A stretch of DNA of 64,000 nt, from positions 51,770,001-51,834,000 of the forward strand of contig NC_043004.1 of the NCBI RefSeq assembly GCF_006345805.1, in the 5' to 3' direction. This DNA is from Octopus sinensis. Taxonomy: Eukaryota. Under the pieces are notes generated by a model. It worked only from the letters and a program-made list of their open reading frames with translations, was not told the origin of the DNA and ran no database searches. Shown here in pieces: positions 23,378 through 37,224 of this stretch (its first letter is position 1; every line of letters begins with the position of its first letter). The translations under genes were made by a program, and so were the position numbers.

Positions 23378-24191
23378 AAATAAGAAAATGGAGGAATAGA
23401 TTTCTTTCAATCATCAACTTCCAGATAATACCAATTCATATAATTTATTTAGATTAAATTGGAACATCCAAATCCAACGGGATAAGACAGAATAAAACAA
23501 TCTACATCAGTAAGATAATACCATAAGAATAATACATATAAAATGGATCTTACAGCTGTTTCAGCCTGTAGATAAGAGTATCTCATTATGCCCATGTTAG
23601 TCAGATGTATTATTATTAATAATAATAATATTAATAGTTTTTAGTAATGTAATACAATGAACTTTGGACTTTGTATATGTACACTTTGATGTGGATATAT
23701 ATGTATATTCCAGTATATAGATCTGATTAACTGTAACTTTATGTGTATGTATATGTAGGTGTATATACACTTATATGTATATGTATATATGCATATTCTT
23801 GTATATGTGTACCTTGTTTAATATTCATATTTGCATTTTGTATCTTCATTTTATATCTTTATAATTGTACTTTATAATCTCTGACGAGGCCTTGATATAT
23901 ATATATAAGTAACTCATTTTTAACTGCATATTACCTCAATACATTTGACTAATATGGGCATAATGAGATACTCTTATCTACAGGCTGAAACAGCTGTAAA
24001 ATCCATTTTATATGTATTATTCTTATGGTATTATCTTACTTATTGATGTAGATTGTTTTATTCTGTCTTATCCCATTGGATTAGGGTGTTCCGATTTAAT
24101 CTAAATAATTAGTTAATAAATTATATGAATTGGTATTATCTGGAAGTTGATGATTGAAAGAAATCTATTCCTCCATTTTCTTATTTTGTAT
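23374..24191. mobile_element. Penelope-like remnant with inverted terminal duplication (about 235 bp arms)
   Basis: 23374-23612 is the reverse complement of about 23938-24191 with few differences. A hammerhead motif overlaps the right arm. Confidence 0.6.
23877..24002 (+). ncRNA. Type-I hammerhead motif with long stem II
   Basis: atct-CUGACGA-ggcct…(about 90 nt, partly self-complementary)…aggct-GAAA-c AGCU g-UA|aaat. The inverted copy reads agat at the end, restoring stem I. Confidence 0.6.
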
Positions 24192-24455
24192 TATGAATTT
24201 GAGGTAAAACATTTTACCTTCGCCCATCTAATACAATAAATGAATTAATTGCATTGTAATTCTAAGCATTTATGTATTAGCCTTCTGGGCACTTTACTGG
24301 CAGTATATTGGATAAATGATATCCCATAGTGGGTTAAACTCATAACCCCTATCTCACTTTGTACTTTTATATATCATCATCATCATCGTTTAACGTCTGT
24401 TCTCCATGCTAGCATGGGTTGGACGATATATATATATATATATATACACACCCAC

Positions 24456-24500
<45 letters not shown>

Positions 24501-24517
24501 CATTTACACACATATAA

Positions 24518-25640
24518 TGGCAGACCCTAATGAAGAGGCATGCTGTTATTGTGGTTATAAAGACTGTGCATATCTTGAGTTTTAAAAGTTGCCAGATCTT
24601 TCATCTACAAAGTTTGTAAGGAGCTAGAGACTGAAGATGGAAACATATCACCAGTATCAAAGTATAAAAAGCATTCTGAACACTCTGAAATCATCAGAAC
24701 ACCTGAATTTATCCATCAAGTTCAACAGACCAATGATTACATCCTCAGAAAGTTCATAAGGTCAATTGCAAAAGATCTCCATGTGTCAGAGGGAACCACG
24801 AAGACATCAGATATAAGTCTTATATGATGGGGAAAGGTCAATTTGTCAGACAAAGCAAAAGAAAATCACTACATCAAATCTAAAAGCTCTTAAACAAACT
24901 GAAAAATCCAGCAGAAGATTTGATTTGGTTTTTCTCAAATGAGAAAAACTTCGACCAAGATCAAAAAGTGAACAGAAGAAATGAGAGATGGTTATGTTCA
25001 GACCCTCTGAAGTTCCAAGTGTTATGCATACAAAATTTCCTGCAACTGTCATGGTTTTAGGGGTTGTCAGTAATGTAGTGTTAGTATTATGTGATGGTGG
25101 TGGTAGTCAGTCTTTCCACAAGGCCTTAGAGTTAACTCTGCCGTCTACATTGAGGTTCTGGAAATAATTGTTAAGCTCTGGATAGACAGTGTATGCAATG
25201 GAAGGTCATATGTGTTTCAGTAAGAGTGCACTATCACACATGGCTGTAGTAACACAGGAATGAATGGTTGAACATTTTCATGATCACATAATCCCTAACA
25301 TTTGGTCTCCTAATTCCTGAGATCTCAATCCATTGGACTATTACACATGAAGCATTGTTGAAAGAGAGCTCAATGAATACGCCCATAACACCAAAGATTC
25401 TTTGAAAGCTGCCATAGTCAGAGTAATGTCCAAAATGAACCAGGACCACTTGATTCAAGCATGTAGATGATTTAGATCTCATACAGAAGCAGTTGCTGAA
25501 ACTGAAGGGGGCTTTATTGAATAACATTATGGAAAAGAAGGTTTATTTTTATCCTCATAGCATATTTTGATAAATAATGTTATTATGTATGTTTTTTTTT
25601 TATAAACATAAATCTGTCCTCAAATATCTTATGCACCCTG
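24518..25640 (+). mobile_element. Decayed maT/DD37D-like Tc1/mariner element with right TIR
   Basis: QKVNRRNERWLCSDPSEVPSVMHTKFPATVMVLGVVS, DLNPLDYY and LIQACR.FRS motifs. Ends tcttatgcaccctg followed by TA. Confidence 0.8.
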
Positions 25641-25775
25641 TATATATATATATATATACAGACATCTAGACAGCTAGATGCATGCATGTTATATGTATAC
25701 ACACACAGACAGCTAGAACATACATTTATTTATATATATGTATATATATATATATATATGTGTGTGTGTGCGTGC

Positions 25776-25818
<43 letters not shown>

Positions 25819-25876
25819 CATACACACACAGAGCTAGAAGCACATATATCTATACATACAGCTAAATGTATACATG

Positions 25877-25916
<40 letters not shown>

Positions 25917-26412
25917 TGGTCTGTTAAAACATATTTTGACAGCCATTGTTGTAAAATACTCTCCACCATCAGACACAAACACACTTTATCATTCTATTAC
26001 AGTTTTGTTATGTCTTATTTTCTCAAACAACATGACCAACCATCAACCTCACCTAACCTGCCTGCTTACATAAGGTAAACAAGGTAGATTTTTTTTTTCT
26101 TTTCTTTCTTTCTTCCCAAAGTTTTTGATATTTTCCAAATGACCTTTCCGATAAAATAACATGTTTATGACATCAGAGAGAGACACCATTCATCCCCCAT
26201 GTCACACCAGCCTCACCACATAGCAACAATCATTCATCTGTCACTATAATCATTTCTAAATAATATACTGCACTGAGTACCACCACTACCACACAATACT
26301 AACACTACAATGGCATGAATCAACCATTAAACTGCTATGTAACCACTTGATTTACCAGTAGTAGCAGTCATATGTTCCACAAGTCACACAGTGCTTTCTT
26401 TAACCTGTTTGT

Positions 26413-26814
26413 TACTCTTTTTTACTCTTTTACTTGCTTCAGCCATTTGACTGTGGCCATGCTGGAGCACCGCCTTTAATCGAGCAAATCGACCCCGGGG
26501 CTTATTCTTTTGTAAGCCCAGTACTTATTCTATCGGTCTCTTTTGCCGAAATGGTGAGTAACGGGGACATAAACACACCAGCATCGGTTGTCAAGCAATG
26601 CTAGGGGGACAAACACAGACACATGCATATATATATATATATACATATATACGACGGGCTTCTTTCAGTTTCCGTCTACCAAATCCACTCACAAGACTAT
26701 GGTCGGCCTGAGGCTATAGTAGAAGACACTTGCCCAAGATGCCACGCAGTGGGACTGAACCCGGAACCATGTGGTTGGTAAACAAGCTACTTACCACACA
26801 GCCACTCCTGCGCC
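26413..26814 (-). mobile_element. SINE family A
   Basis: Reverse-complement full copy. Confidence 0.9.
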
Positions 26815-29308
26815 AAGTTTCTGTTGAAATACTCTGCTTGTTGTTGTCATTGTCATCATTGTCTTTTAATATTTGTTTTCCATGTTGGCATGGATTGGAC
26901 GGTTTGACAGGAGCCAGCCAGCCAGCCTGAGGGAGTGAATGACTCAGTTTTTTTTTTATTTTAGCATGGTTTCTACAGCTGGATGCCCTTCCTAAAGCCA
27001 GCCACTTTACATCCCGTCCTGGGTGTCTCTATGCAGCACCGGCACCAGTGCAGTTTATGTAGTACTGGCACGAGTTTCATTTTACATGGAACTGGCATGA
27101 GCACATCTTATGTGCACTGGCACCTGCAAAGGATGCGCCTGCATGTATGGGTGGCCATGGTTTTGCTAAGCTTGATGTGTATTTCAATCAATTTTGAAAA
27201 TAGTATTTTTTCCTTCATCTTTTGAGCCAATGTTCCTTAGAGAACCATGGGGTGGGGGTGGGGGTAAAGTACTCAGGTACCCCTTTTCCATAGGGTCCAA
27301 TCAAAAGCAACACCTGGTCAAATACAAATACCAGTTTGAGAGGCTTGGCACAAATGAGATCAGACTCCACCCAATGCCAGGACAACCAGTAACAAGCCTA
27401 CAATTTTTTCTGAGAAGCAGGTGTCAGGTAAGATTACATGGTAGGGCACAAAGGATGAAGCGAGCCCAGGAAGGACAACCATTAATGATAGGGAAAATAA
27501 TGAATGGTTTAGTAAAACAACTGTCATTATTAAATCGGTATTAAGAACACGAATTTAACATAAAATTTTGATGAAAATTTTACAATTTAGATCACTTTTA
27601 ACCTTTTAGCATTCAAGTTCTGTCCAATATAGTACCCATTTATTCACATCACTTTGAATTAATCATGCATTATCTCATAGCTTAGAGATTTTGATAATGT
27701 GATTGTATAAATATTTTAGAATAACGTTATAGGATTGTAAGAGGTCAGATCTAGCCAGTTTATTTTGGCTGGATCTGGCTGGTTTTGACAAGATGGTGTC
27801 AAAATGGTTAAAAGGAAAGGGACACATTGGATAGTGTAGACCTAGATATTCATTGACATAATTAAGTGCCTGTATCCACTTTCCATGCTGCCACGGATTG
27901 GACAGTTTATTAAAATACATACCAGTACTTATTTGGAGTTGCAACCTTCGAGGATGTCTCACTCAAATGTTTCTATTTTTCTTGTAGTTTGTACAACTGG
28001 ATGCTTTTCCTCTCACCAACCATTTTACAGAAGTGTCACCATTGTTTTAATGTTCACTTTTCCTTGCTTTCATGGGCTTGGACAGAATTCATTGAAGAAG
28101 ATTTTCCTGTGACCAGATGTCCTTCCTATCATCAAACCTCACCTATTTCCAAGCAAGGTAATATTTCCCTATTGCTGGAGATGTTTTAACGTAAAATTGG
28201 AGACAAAGGACACTGTTTGTATGATGGCGATGTATGCTTAAAACAATCACATAATGTCCAGACAGGGAGACACAAACACACACATATAAGACTTCCATGC
28301 TTCCTGAGATTCGCCAACACTACACTTGATTTTCTCCCCTCCACACACACACAAGCATGTTCACTTTCCAGACATTTCTACATTACTGCATGTACTTTAT
28401 ATGCACTTTCTGACAAGTTGTGGTGCACCTGAGCACTGTATACAATAATTTCATTATTATTATTTTATTATTATTATTACATGGTGAGAATCTTGCTTCC
28501 CAACCTCATGGTCCTGGGTTCAGTCCCACTGTGTGGCACCTTGGCCAAGTGTCTTCTACTATAAACTTGGGCTGACCATAACCTTGCAAATGGATTTGAT
28601 ATGTGGAAACTGAAATAAGCCCGACATATATATGTATGTATTTATGAGTGTGTGCATCTGCCCCCCTGCCATCACTTGACAACCAATGCTGATGTGTTTA
28701 TGTCTCCGTAACTTAGCAGTTCGGCAAAGGTGACTGATAGAATAAGTACTAGGCTTACAAAGAATAAGTTCTGGGGTCAATGTCTAAGCAGTCAAATGAC
28801 TGAAATGAGTAAACAAAATGAAAAAAATATGTGTGTGGTGCCTGCATTTATGTGACAGTTTCCATGTACCAAATCCACTGACAAGTCTTTGGTTGGCCTA
28901 AGGCTACAGTGTTGAACACTTGCCCAAAGTGCATGCAGTGGGACTGAAACCAAAAATATGTGGTTGGGAAGTGAACTGCTTAACCACACAGCCGTGCCTG
29001 TGCCTGGATGCATTTTACTGTGACTGCAGCACCAGACAGACATTGCCATATGCTCAACAAGACTCAGAGTCTTCTCAAAGCCACATCTTTCTTTGCTTGC
29101 AAATCACTCCATTGGGTATTTGGTGCATTTTTTATTTTATGAATCCAGCACTAATGGGGATCACCTTAATCTATGTTAAAAAAATGGATGGAATGGTCAT
29201 GTGTGGAATACCTTTTGATCATAGATTTCACTCAGTCAGGGCTGACTTGATACTAGACACCATCATCACAACAGCAGCACACCTGTAAAACACCACATCG
29301 CAACTTAC

Positions 29309-29428
29309 CTGCCTCTGTAATGAATCCCAGGCATCAGTAACCAGTTTATTATTAGAGTTTGTCCGTGTGTCCAGACCATACTGTTGTTCTATAGTGTTGG
29401 TCATGTGTTTCACTATGTCTTTGGTTAC
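29309..29428 (-). CDS. Tetraspanin exon (large extracellular loop helices): VTKDIVKHMTNTIEQQYGLDTRTNSNNKLVTDAWDSLQRQ
   Basis: tttgtctacag acceptor and CAG|gtaagt donor. 120 nt, phase 0/0. Has the YG...WD.LQ motif that precedes CCG in tetraspanins. Confidence 0.93.
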
Positions 29429-30619
29429 CTGTAGACAAACAAATAGATATTAGAATACAAAAATCAACACAATCATCATCATCATCATCACCATCACACG
29501 TCCATTTTCCATTCTGGCATGGGCTGGACGGTTTGACAGGAGCTGACCAGCTGTAGAGCTGCCTGGTCTCCATGTCTGTTTTGGCATGGCTTCTACAGCA
29601 GAAAAAGAAAGAAGAGGGTAGTTTCCGGACAAAAAGTTTTACATGATCATGATGATGATGACTATGATTATGATAACATTACCATATTCTCTAGCATTTT
29701 TCAGACCAGAATTTACAGCCCCTGCCCCCAAGGAGACAACTTTTGGAGAAACAAAAATTCCATGTGAAATGCAGAATGGAAAGATAGTGATGATTCTTGA
29801 ATGTTTACATTATGTACTAAGTTGACTTGCATGCCAAGAAATATAGTTAATTTCTTTTTTCAGCACAACTACCAGAAAAGTGCTACGGCACAGTGGCTGA
29901 CGATATCTGTTCTACACAATCACCAACTGACACTAGACTCCACAATACACATCTTCACACAACGAATCAAAATCGCACAACTAAGCAAGAACTGATGTAG
30001 CACACACCAACGCAATGCTTCAGTCCCCCCCAAAACATTGCTGCACTAAAGAACTATAGAAAACATAATAGCTTCAAATTTTGACACAAAAAAAAACATA
30101 TGACCCTTGTGCTCAAACGATACCTACTTTATCAACTCTGAAAAGATGAAAAGCAAAGTTGACTTTGGTGGTATTACAAACTCAGAACTTAAAGAACCAA
30201 AAGAAATGTCACGAAGCGTTTTGTGTAACTTGCTAATGATTTAGCCTGCTTGCTCTTAACGATGATGATTATTAAGTTTCATTCGTCACAAGGGTGTCCG
30301 ATGGAGGAGGGAGTATTAGGAAAACAGGTTACAAGTTAAAGGAGGGGTCTACATAACATCAGATGAACAAAACAAAATGGGTGGTGAGAAGTGAGATGAA
30401 AAAGTATAAAAAAATAGATGGAAGATGAAGACCTCCTAAAAGGGCCTCCAGCAGGGGTCGAACAAGGAACCCCACAGATCCAGGGTCATCCTGATCACCA
30501 AGGGCACAAACATTCATATGGAACATTAGACTGATGATGAAGAGGGAACAGCTCACATACTCCTAATTGTTTATAAATTCAGACATAAGGCTAGCAGTTT
30601 TGAAGAGGATGGAGAATTA

Positions 30620-31625
30620 ATTGCTGCCATTAACCGCCCCCCCCCCCCTCGGCTATCAGTACTTGTCTGCTAGTTCGACCTCAGCAGGAACTGAACCAAG
30701 AATGGAAAGGATTGGAAAGAATGCCACTAAGCCTTTTGTCCAATGTGGTAACAATTCTGCTAGCTCACACCTAACAATAGTTTCAAATTTTGGCACAAGG
30801 CCAGCAATTTCAGGGGACAGCATAAGTTGATTACAATGACCCCCACTCAAAAATATGAAAAGCAAAGTTGACCTCAGCAGAAATTGAACTCAGAATGTAA
30901 AGACAAGACAAAATACTGATAAGCATTTTGTCTGGTGTGCTAATGGTTGTGCCAGCTTGTGGTACAAGGTCAGAACTTTGAAGGACGGGTTAAGCTGATT
31001 ACATCAACTTAGTACCCAACGGGTAGTTATTTTACTGACCCCCAAAAGGATGAAAGGCAAAGTTGAGCTTGATGGTATTTGAACACACAGGACATAAAGC
31101 CAGAAGAAATGTTGCTCAGTATCTTGTCTGATATGTTAATGATTCTTGACAGCTCACTGTCTTAATGATAATAATAAGCCTTTCTACTATAGACACAAGG
31201 CCTGATACTTGGGGGGAAGGGACAAGTTGATTACATTGACCCCAGTGGTTCACTGGTACTTAATTTATTGATCAAAGGCAAAGTCGACCGTGGCAAAATC
31301 TTAACTCAGAATGTAGCAACAGGCAAAACACTGCCGAACATTTCATCCAGCATGCTAACGATTCTGCCACCTTGCTGCCTTAATAATAGTAATAATAATA
31401 ATTATTATTTCTATTACAGGCACAAGGCCTGAAATTTTTGGGGAGGAGGTAAGTCGATTACATCAACCCCAGTATTTCACTGGTACTTAATTTATCAATC
31501 CCAAAAGGATGAAAAGCAAAAGTGACCTTGGGAGAATTTGAACTGAGAATGTAAAGATGTACAAAATACTACTAAGCATTTTGCTTGGTGTGCCAATGAT
31601 TTTGCCAGCTCACCACTTCAATAAT
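30620..31625 (-). mobile_element. Cluster of about 4 degenerate family-B-related SINEs separated by (AAT)n
   Basis: Repeated aaggcaaagtcgacc…tgaactcagaatgta…ctgccagct blocks in the same orientation. Confidence 0.7.
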
Positions 31626-34264
31626 GATAATGCCCTGATGCAGTACCAGGCAGTGGCTCTCATGGCTCCTGATCTTAACTGATTGGAAGTGTTATCATGT
31701 ACATTGTTTTGTCTTGGTATAAAAGATGGGCTACAGCAAATATTCTGCTCAATACCACAGATTTGCTTATCAGTTGTTTGACCATAACCAGTTGAGCATG
31801 TCCCTTAGTGGCTGACGATATGTGCATCTCTGAACACAAGCAGAAGTAGTGGAGAAGCATCATAGCCGTGTGTTGAGAGTAATTCTTAGAGGTTTGGATA
31901 ATTCACCTTTGGAAACATGGGTGGTTCGTTCAACATCCTTAAACAATCCTCATTCAGGGACCTTTTGAGCGGAATGGACTGCCCGACCCGAAGAAAATTC
32001 TAACTGGGCACCACCTGCAAGGTCATGTGCTGTTTATCTTGATATGAGATCACCATGTCACGCACACATATGGCTGTGATGCATGTGCCTGGTGTACCCT
32101 TATCAGACGGGTAGTCATGATGGGTATACTGGGCTCCGTATATTTTACCCCAGTGTCACTTTGATGTCTCTCACTCAATAATAATAATAATAGTAGTAGT
32201 AGTAGTAGCGGCAGCATCTAACAAAGGCACAAAAGACACAAATATCTTGGTGGAGAACAGCATTCCAGTACTCGACGGGTACTTTATTTTATTGATCATG
32301 AAAGGCAAAGTTACTCTCAACATATTTCAACTCAGAACCTGTTATCATAATTTTTCTATTGCTGGTTTCTGTCATCACCAAAATGATGAGCTAGCTGAAT
32401 CATTAGGACACTGGTCAAAATGCTTTGTGGAATTTTGTCCGTCTTTATGTTCTCAGTTTGGATTCCATTGTGGTGGTCTTTGCCTTTCATTCTCTTAGGG
32501 TTGATAAAATAGATACCAGCTGAACACTGAGGGCCGATGTAATCAACTAGACCCCTCTTCCAAAACTGCTGAACTTGTGCCAATAATAGAAAGAATTATC
32601 ATTAACACTCTAATGATTGTCAATCCCAGCAATAGTAATCACATTCTTCATTTAAAACAAGTGACCAATTAACATTTAGACTAAAATACAGATATGTGTG
32701 TGTGTGTGTGTGTGTGTGACAAGGTTGACAGATATGTCTATCATCTTTCACATGAGGTGTATAAAAAAAACATAAAAAGGGAAAAAATGTCAGCTGTCAC
32801 AACAATGTCTGTGGCAACAGTTAGGAATAAGAAACTTGTGTGTGAAACATTGCTAAAAAACACATGGAACTGTCAAATATGTCCTCACACAAACAACCCA
32901 GCGATAAGGAACTGATGTGAGACATTACACTTCTTCACCCCCTAGGGAGCTAGTTGCCCTTATCTTAATATTCTTTGCACTAAAACTGTCAAATATTTCA
33001 AACAGGAAAGAAAGAAAATAAGGAAGAATTTATTATTCCTTTCATTCATTTTTGTATTGACCGGCCAATTACAATAAAAAAATTTCTATTTCTTTAACTT
33101 TTTCAGCTGAATCGCTTATGTTTATGTCTGTATTTGTGTATGTAAGTATATGTATGTGTATGTGCATACATATACGCAAATATATTACATTGACTCCCAG
33201 TGCTCAAGTGGACTTTATTTCATTAAGGACGAAAGGCAAAGTCGACCTCGGGAGAATTTGAATTTAGAATTTAAAAACGGATGAAATGCTACTACGCATT
33301 TGCCTTGTATGGTAACAATTCTGCCAGCTAGCCACCTTGATAATAATAATAATAATTCTTTAATTGCTTTGAATTAGGTACTAAGCCAAAAGTTTGTTGG
33401 GGAAGTATTCAGTTGATACCTTCAACCTCAGTACTCGACTGGCCTTTTATTGACCCTGGAGATTAAATGCAATGGTGATTGTGTTGGGAGTCGAAACCAG
33501 AACATAAGCTAGTAGAAACACCACAGCATATTTTGTCTGACGCTCAGATGATTCCACTAATAAAAAAACTATAATGATAGTAATAATAAGTGCTTGAAAT
33601 TTTGGCACAAGGTCAGCAATTTTAGGAGTAGGCGTAAGTCAATTACTTCGACCCCAGTGTTCGACCCTAAAATGATAAAAAGCAAAGTGGACCTTAGTGG
33701 TATTTGAACTCTGAATATAAAGACGGATGAAATGTTGGTAAGTATTTTGCCTAACATGCCAACGATTCTGCCACCTTGCTGCCTTAATAATAATAATAAT
33801 GACTTCTTTATTAACCACTAACAATAATAAAGGCAACAACAACATTTTACTTGCTAATAACAACAAGGACTGCAGCGCTGGTTTCCAAAATGCAAGAAAA
33901 GAAAATGAAAGATGATGCACGCATACATGAAGATAAGAGTTATCTCCCATGGAACAAAAAACAAGAACTTTAATTCACGAGTAATGTTAGAGAATGGAAG
34001 AGATTACTTGAGAAATTCACATGAAGAGACATATAAAAATAGAGGAGTGTATACAGGCAGTGAGATTGATATATAGACAGTTATATAGAGACAAATATAG
34101 ACACTTGCAAGTATAGAAACACTGATAATCTAGAAAGACATAGATGTAGCGAGATGTTGCATAGATAGAGACAGTTGTATAGATATAAAGAGACAAATAT
34201 AACATCAACATAGCTATGCATTGATAGTCTCTCCCTTTGTCCACAGACAAAGCAGGTATAGTCT

Positions 34265-34485
34265 AAGGCGGCGAGCTGGCAGAAACGTTAGCACGCTGGG
34301 CGAAATGCTTAGCGGTATAACGTTCTGAGTTTGAATTCCGCCGCGGTCGACTTCGCCTTTCATCCTTTCGGGGTCGATAAATTAAGTACCAGTTACGCAC
34401 TGAGGGTCGATGTAATCGACTTAATACCTATGTCTGTCCTTGTTTGTCCCCTCTGTGTTTAGCCCTTGGTGGGTAATAAAGAAAT
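34265..34485 (+). mobile_element. tRNA-derived SINE, family B
   Basis: aaggcggcgagctggcagaaacgttagc…gaaata, with TSD aggtatagtc. Other copies at 1-113, 7040-7206 and 60065-60293. Confidence 0.88.
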
Positions 34486-34707
34486 AGGTATAGTCACACG
34501 CACACACACAACGACATGGTTGAAGTTGACTTTGACTGGTTAAGATCACTTCTTAAACTTATTTCATTCTAAGAAATACTCTGTTTGGTTTCTTTATCAC
34601 TGACAACATCTCATATGGCCCTTAAGGCTTGCAAGGGATATGCAAGTGATTCCACATTGACTGCAAGTTAGTTTCCCAGCCAACAGCAGCAGCCTAACTA
34701 TCTAGAT

Positions 34708-34888
34708 CAGTGTTTTTCAACCAGGGTTTCGCGGAACCTTAGGGTTCCGCAAGATGTTACAAAAACTGCTAAAATCAGCAGTAATTTTTAATTCTCCTGT
34801 GCAGATATGTGTGCACAAGACAATTAAATTGTTGCACAGGGAATGTTTCCTCAGGGTTCCGCTCCAGCAAAAAGTTTGAAAAGCACTG
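34708..34888. mobile_element. hAT (Charlie-like) MITE
   Basis: TIR cagtgtttttcaa / ttgaaaagcactg. 8-bp TSD atctagat / ctctagat matches the NTCTAGAN preference. Confidence 0.85.
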
Positions 34889-34989
34889 CTCTAGATAATT
34901 GGGATTTATAACACTGAGTGAATCCACCGGATGACTTACACACTTTGTTAAGTAAGGTGCACAGATACTCATATATCTACCTGTCTATA

Positions 34990-35175
34990 CTCTGTTGTGT
35001 CTGGGGAGAGTCATTTTCTTTTTGTGCCTTATTATTTAACACACTCACCGGTAAAATTGCAACATGCAACGAAAATTTAGGAGAATAAAAATAAGAAATA
35101 AGTGAAAATTTTACCGGTGAGTGTGTTAAATAATAAGGCACAAAAAGAAAATGACTCTCCCCAGACACAACAGAA
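34990..35175. mobile_element. TA-flanked MITE with perfect 68-bp inverted arms
   Basis: 34991-35058 is the exact reverse complement of 35107-35174. TA at 34988-89 and 35176-77. Confidence 0.85.
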
Positions 35176-35917
35176 TATGCTTCAACACACGAACTCATAT
35201 AAAGAATCTTGCAAACCAAATCCCAAAACGAAATACCTGTCTATATCTATCTATATAATCTCCAACCAAATATGTTAAGTGCTGCTTTCTTTTGTTCACA
35301 CACATGCTAAGTATATATAAATTGTTACATTTCTGGGTGGTTATTTTATTTTATTTTTTGCCAAATAAACACATGCACTATATATTCGTTTAACTGATGT
35401 CCACTATCTGGAAGTCTTTTGTCACACATCTGTGACCTCTTCAGCAACACTTTCCATCCTCGTGTGTCCTCCTGCTCTGCTCAGTCCATTCTCTATACAG
35501 GAGCATACACAATGATGGAATGTGTCACTGAAGATGTTACAGATACGTGATGAAAGATTTCTGGACAATGGACATCGGTTAAAATAAGAACAGTAATAAA
35601 TGAGTGAAGAATGAATATATAATGTGTTTTTTTTTGTTTGTTTGGAAAAAAAAAAAAAAAGAACCAACCAGAAATATATAACAATATCTGTTTCAAAACA
35701 CAGTTTCACCTCAGGAATCTTGCAACACAAACTCATAAATGTGTGTATATATATATGTGGAGAGAGAGAAGAGATAGGGTGAAGTTAGCTGGAGAAAGAC
35801 AATTAGATAGATATAGACAGAAAGACTGAAATATAGACCAACTGGTATGTAATGCAGTACAGATCATATTATTGAAGAAAACATTTACTCTTGTTCCCCA
35901 ATTATTTATGTAAGTCA

Positions 35918-36245
35918 AAACGCCGCCGCCGTGGTGATCTCATTCTCGCTCACAACATCATAAGCGGAAAGTGTAACCTCTCGAAAGAGCTGTTCTTCAC
36001 TCCTGCTCCAGAGCGTCGGCTACGGGGTCATTCCGAAAAGCTCTACCTGCGACGATTTCATCTCAATCGAAGGAGAGGAGCTTTCTCCATCCATGTTGCG
36101 GATCCGTGGAACAAGCTGCCAGACGAGATGGAGAAGATGCCGACAACCGCTTTGTTCAAAGTCTCCCTTGACCACAAGTGACCTGAACTCTTTACATGAA
36201 CACCACCCTGCTTTTGAGCCAAAAAATTAACTAACTAACTAAATA
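35918..36245 (+). mobile_element. CR1/L2-type LINE 3' end
   Basis: RRRRGDLILAHNIISG…LRGHSEKL…DPWNKLP…FKVSLD, with a (TAAC)n tail. Confidence 0.88.
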
Positions 36246-36567
36246 ACCCCAGAGACAACTGACACAACTCAGACACCTGAACAATCCCAATTACCATCTT
36301 GTTGGGTTTCAGGTTTTCTCTCGCTCTCTCTCTCCACTACTTTTTCAAACATTTTATAGACAGATGTGTAAGTATGTGAGTGTGTGTGCATGCGCATACC
36401 CAAAATAAATCATCGAATGGTAGTAAGTAGCTTTATATAAAATTAATTTACACTCCATGTGGCCTGTTATATGTTAAGTCTCATGCTCTAATTACGATAT
36501 CTACATCATCATCAATTATTATTGACATTGACAAATAAATACATGTGTGCTTGTGTGTGTATATGTA

Positions 36568-36611
<44 letters not shown>

Positions 36612-36813
36612 GTAGGTAGTGGTTTAGTAATGTATTACCAAAAAGGAAAACTATAATTGTCATTAAATATGAGTGAGGGCATTAGAACACCTACACTGCT
36701 AGAAATAAGGGCTGAAGTGCTCTGATGCTGCAGCCAACGCACATAATTGTATACACACATACTGACAGCGACTGTAAATGGCAGTCGATATATATATATA
36801 TATATTATATATA

Positions 36814-37224
36814 TACTCTTTACTCTTTTACTTGTTTCAGTCATTTGAATGCGGCCATGCTAGAGCACTGCCTTTAATCGAGCAACTCGACCTCGGGACT
36901 TATTCTTTTGTAAGCCCAGTACTTATTCTATCGGTCTCTTTTGCCGAACCGCTAAGTAACGGGGACGTAAACACACCAGCATCGGTTGTCAAGCAATGCT
37001 AGGGGGACAAACACAGACACAAACATACACGCACACACACATATATATATATACATATATACGACGGGCTTCTTTCAGTTTCCGTCTACCAAATCCACTC
37101 AAAAGGCATTGGTCGGCCCGGGGCTATAGCAGAAGACACTTGCCCAAGGTGCCACGCAGTGGGACTGAACCCGGAACCATGTGGTTGGTTAGCAAGCTAC
37201 TTACCACACAGCCACTCCTGCGCC
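36814..37224 (-). mobile_element. SINE family A
   Basis: Reverse-complement full copy. Confidence 0.9.

Noticed and set aside
35422-35736. ORF as the missing tetraspanin TM3 exon
   Set aside because: Not hydrophobic and no in-phase splice pair; 43184-43258 fits instead.
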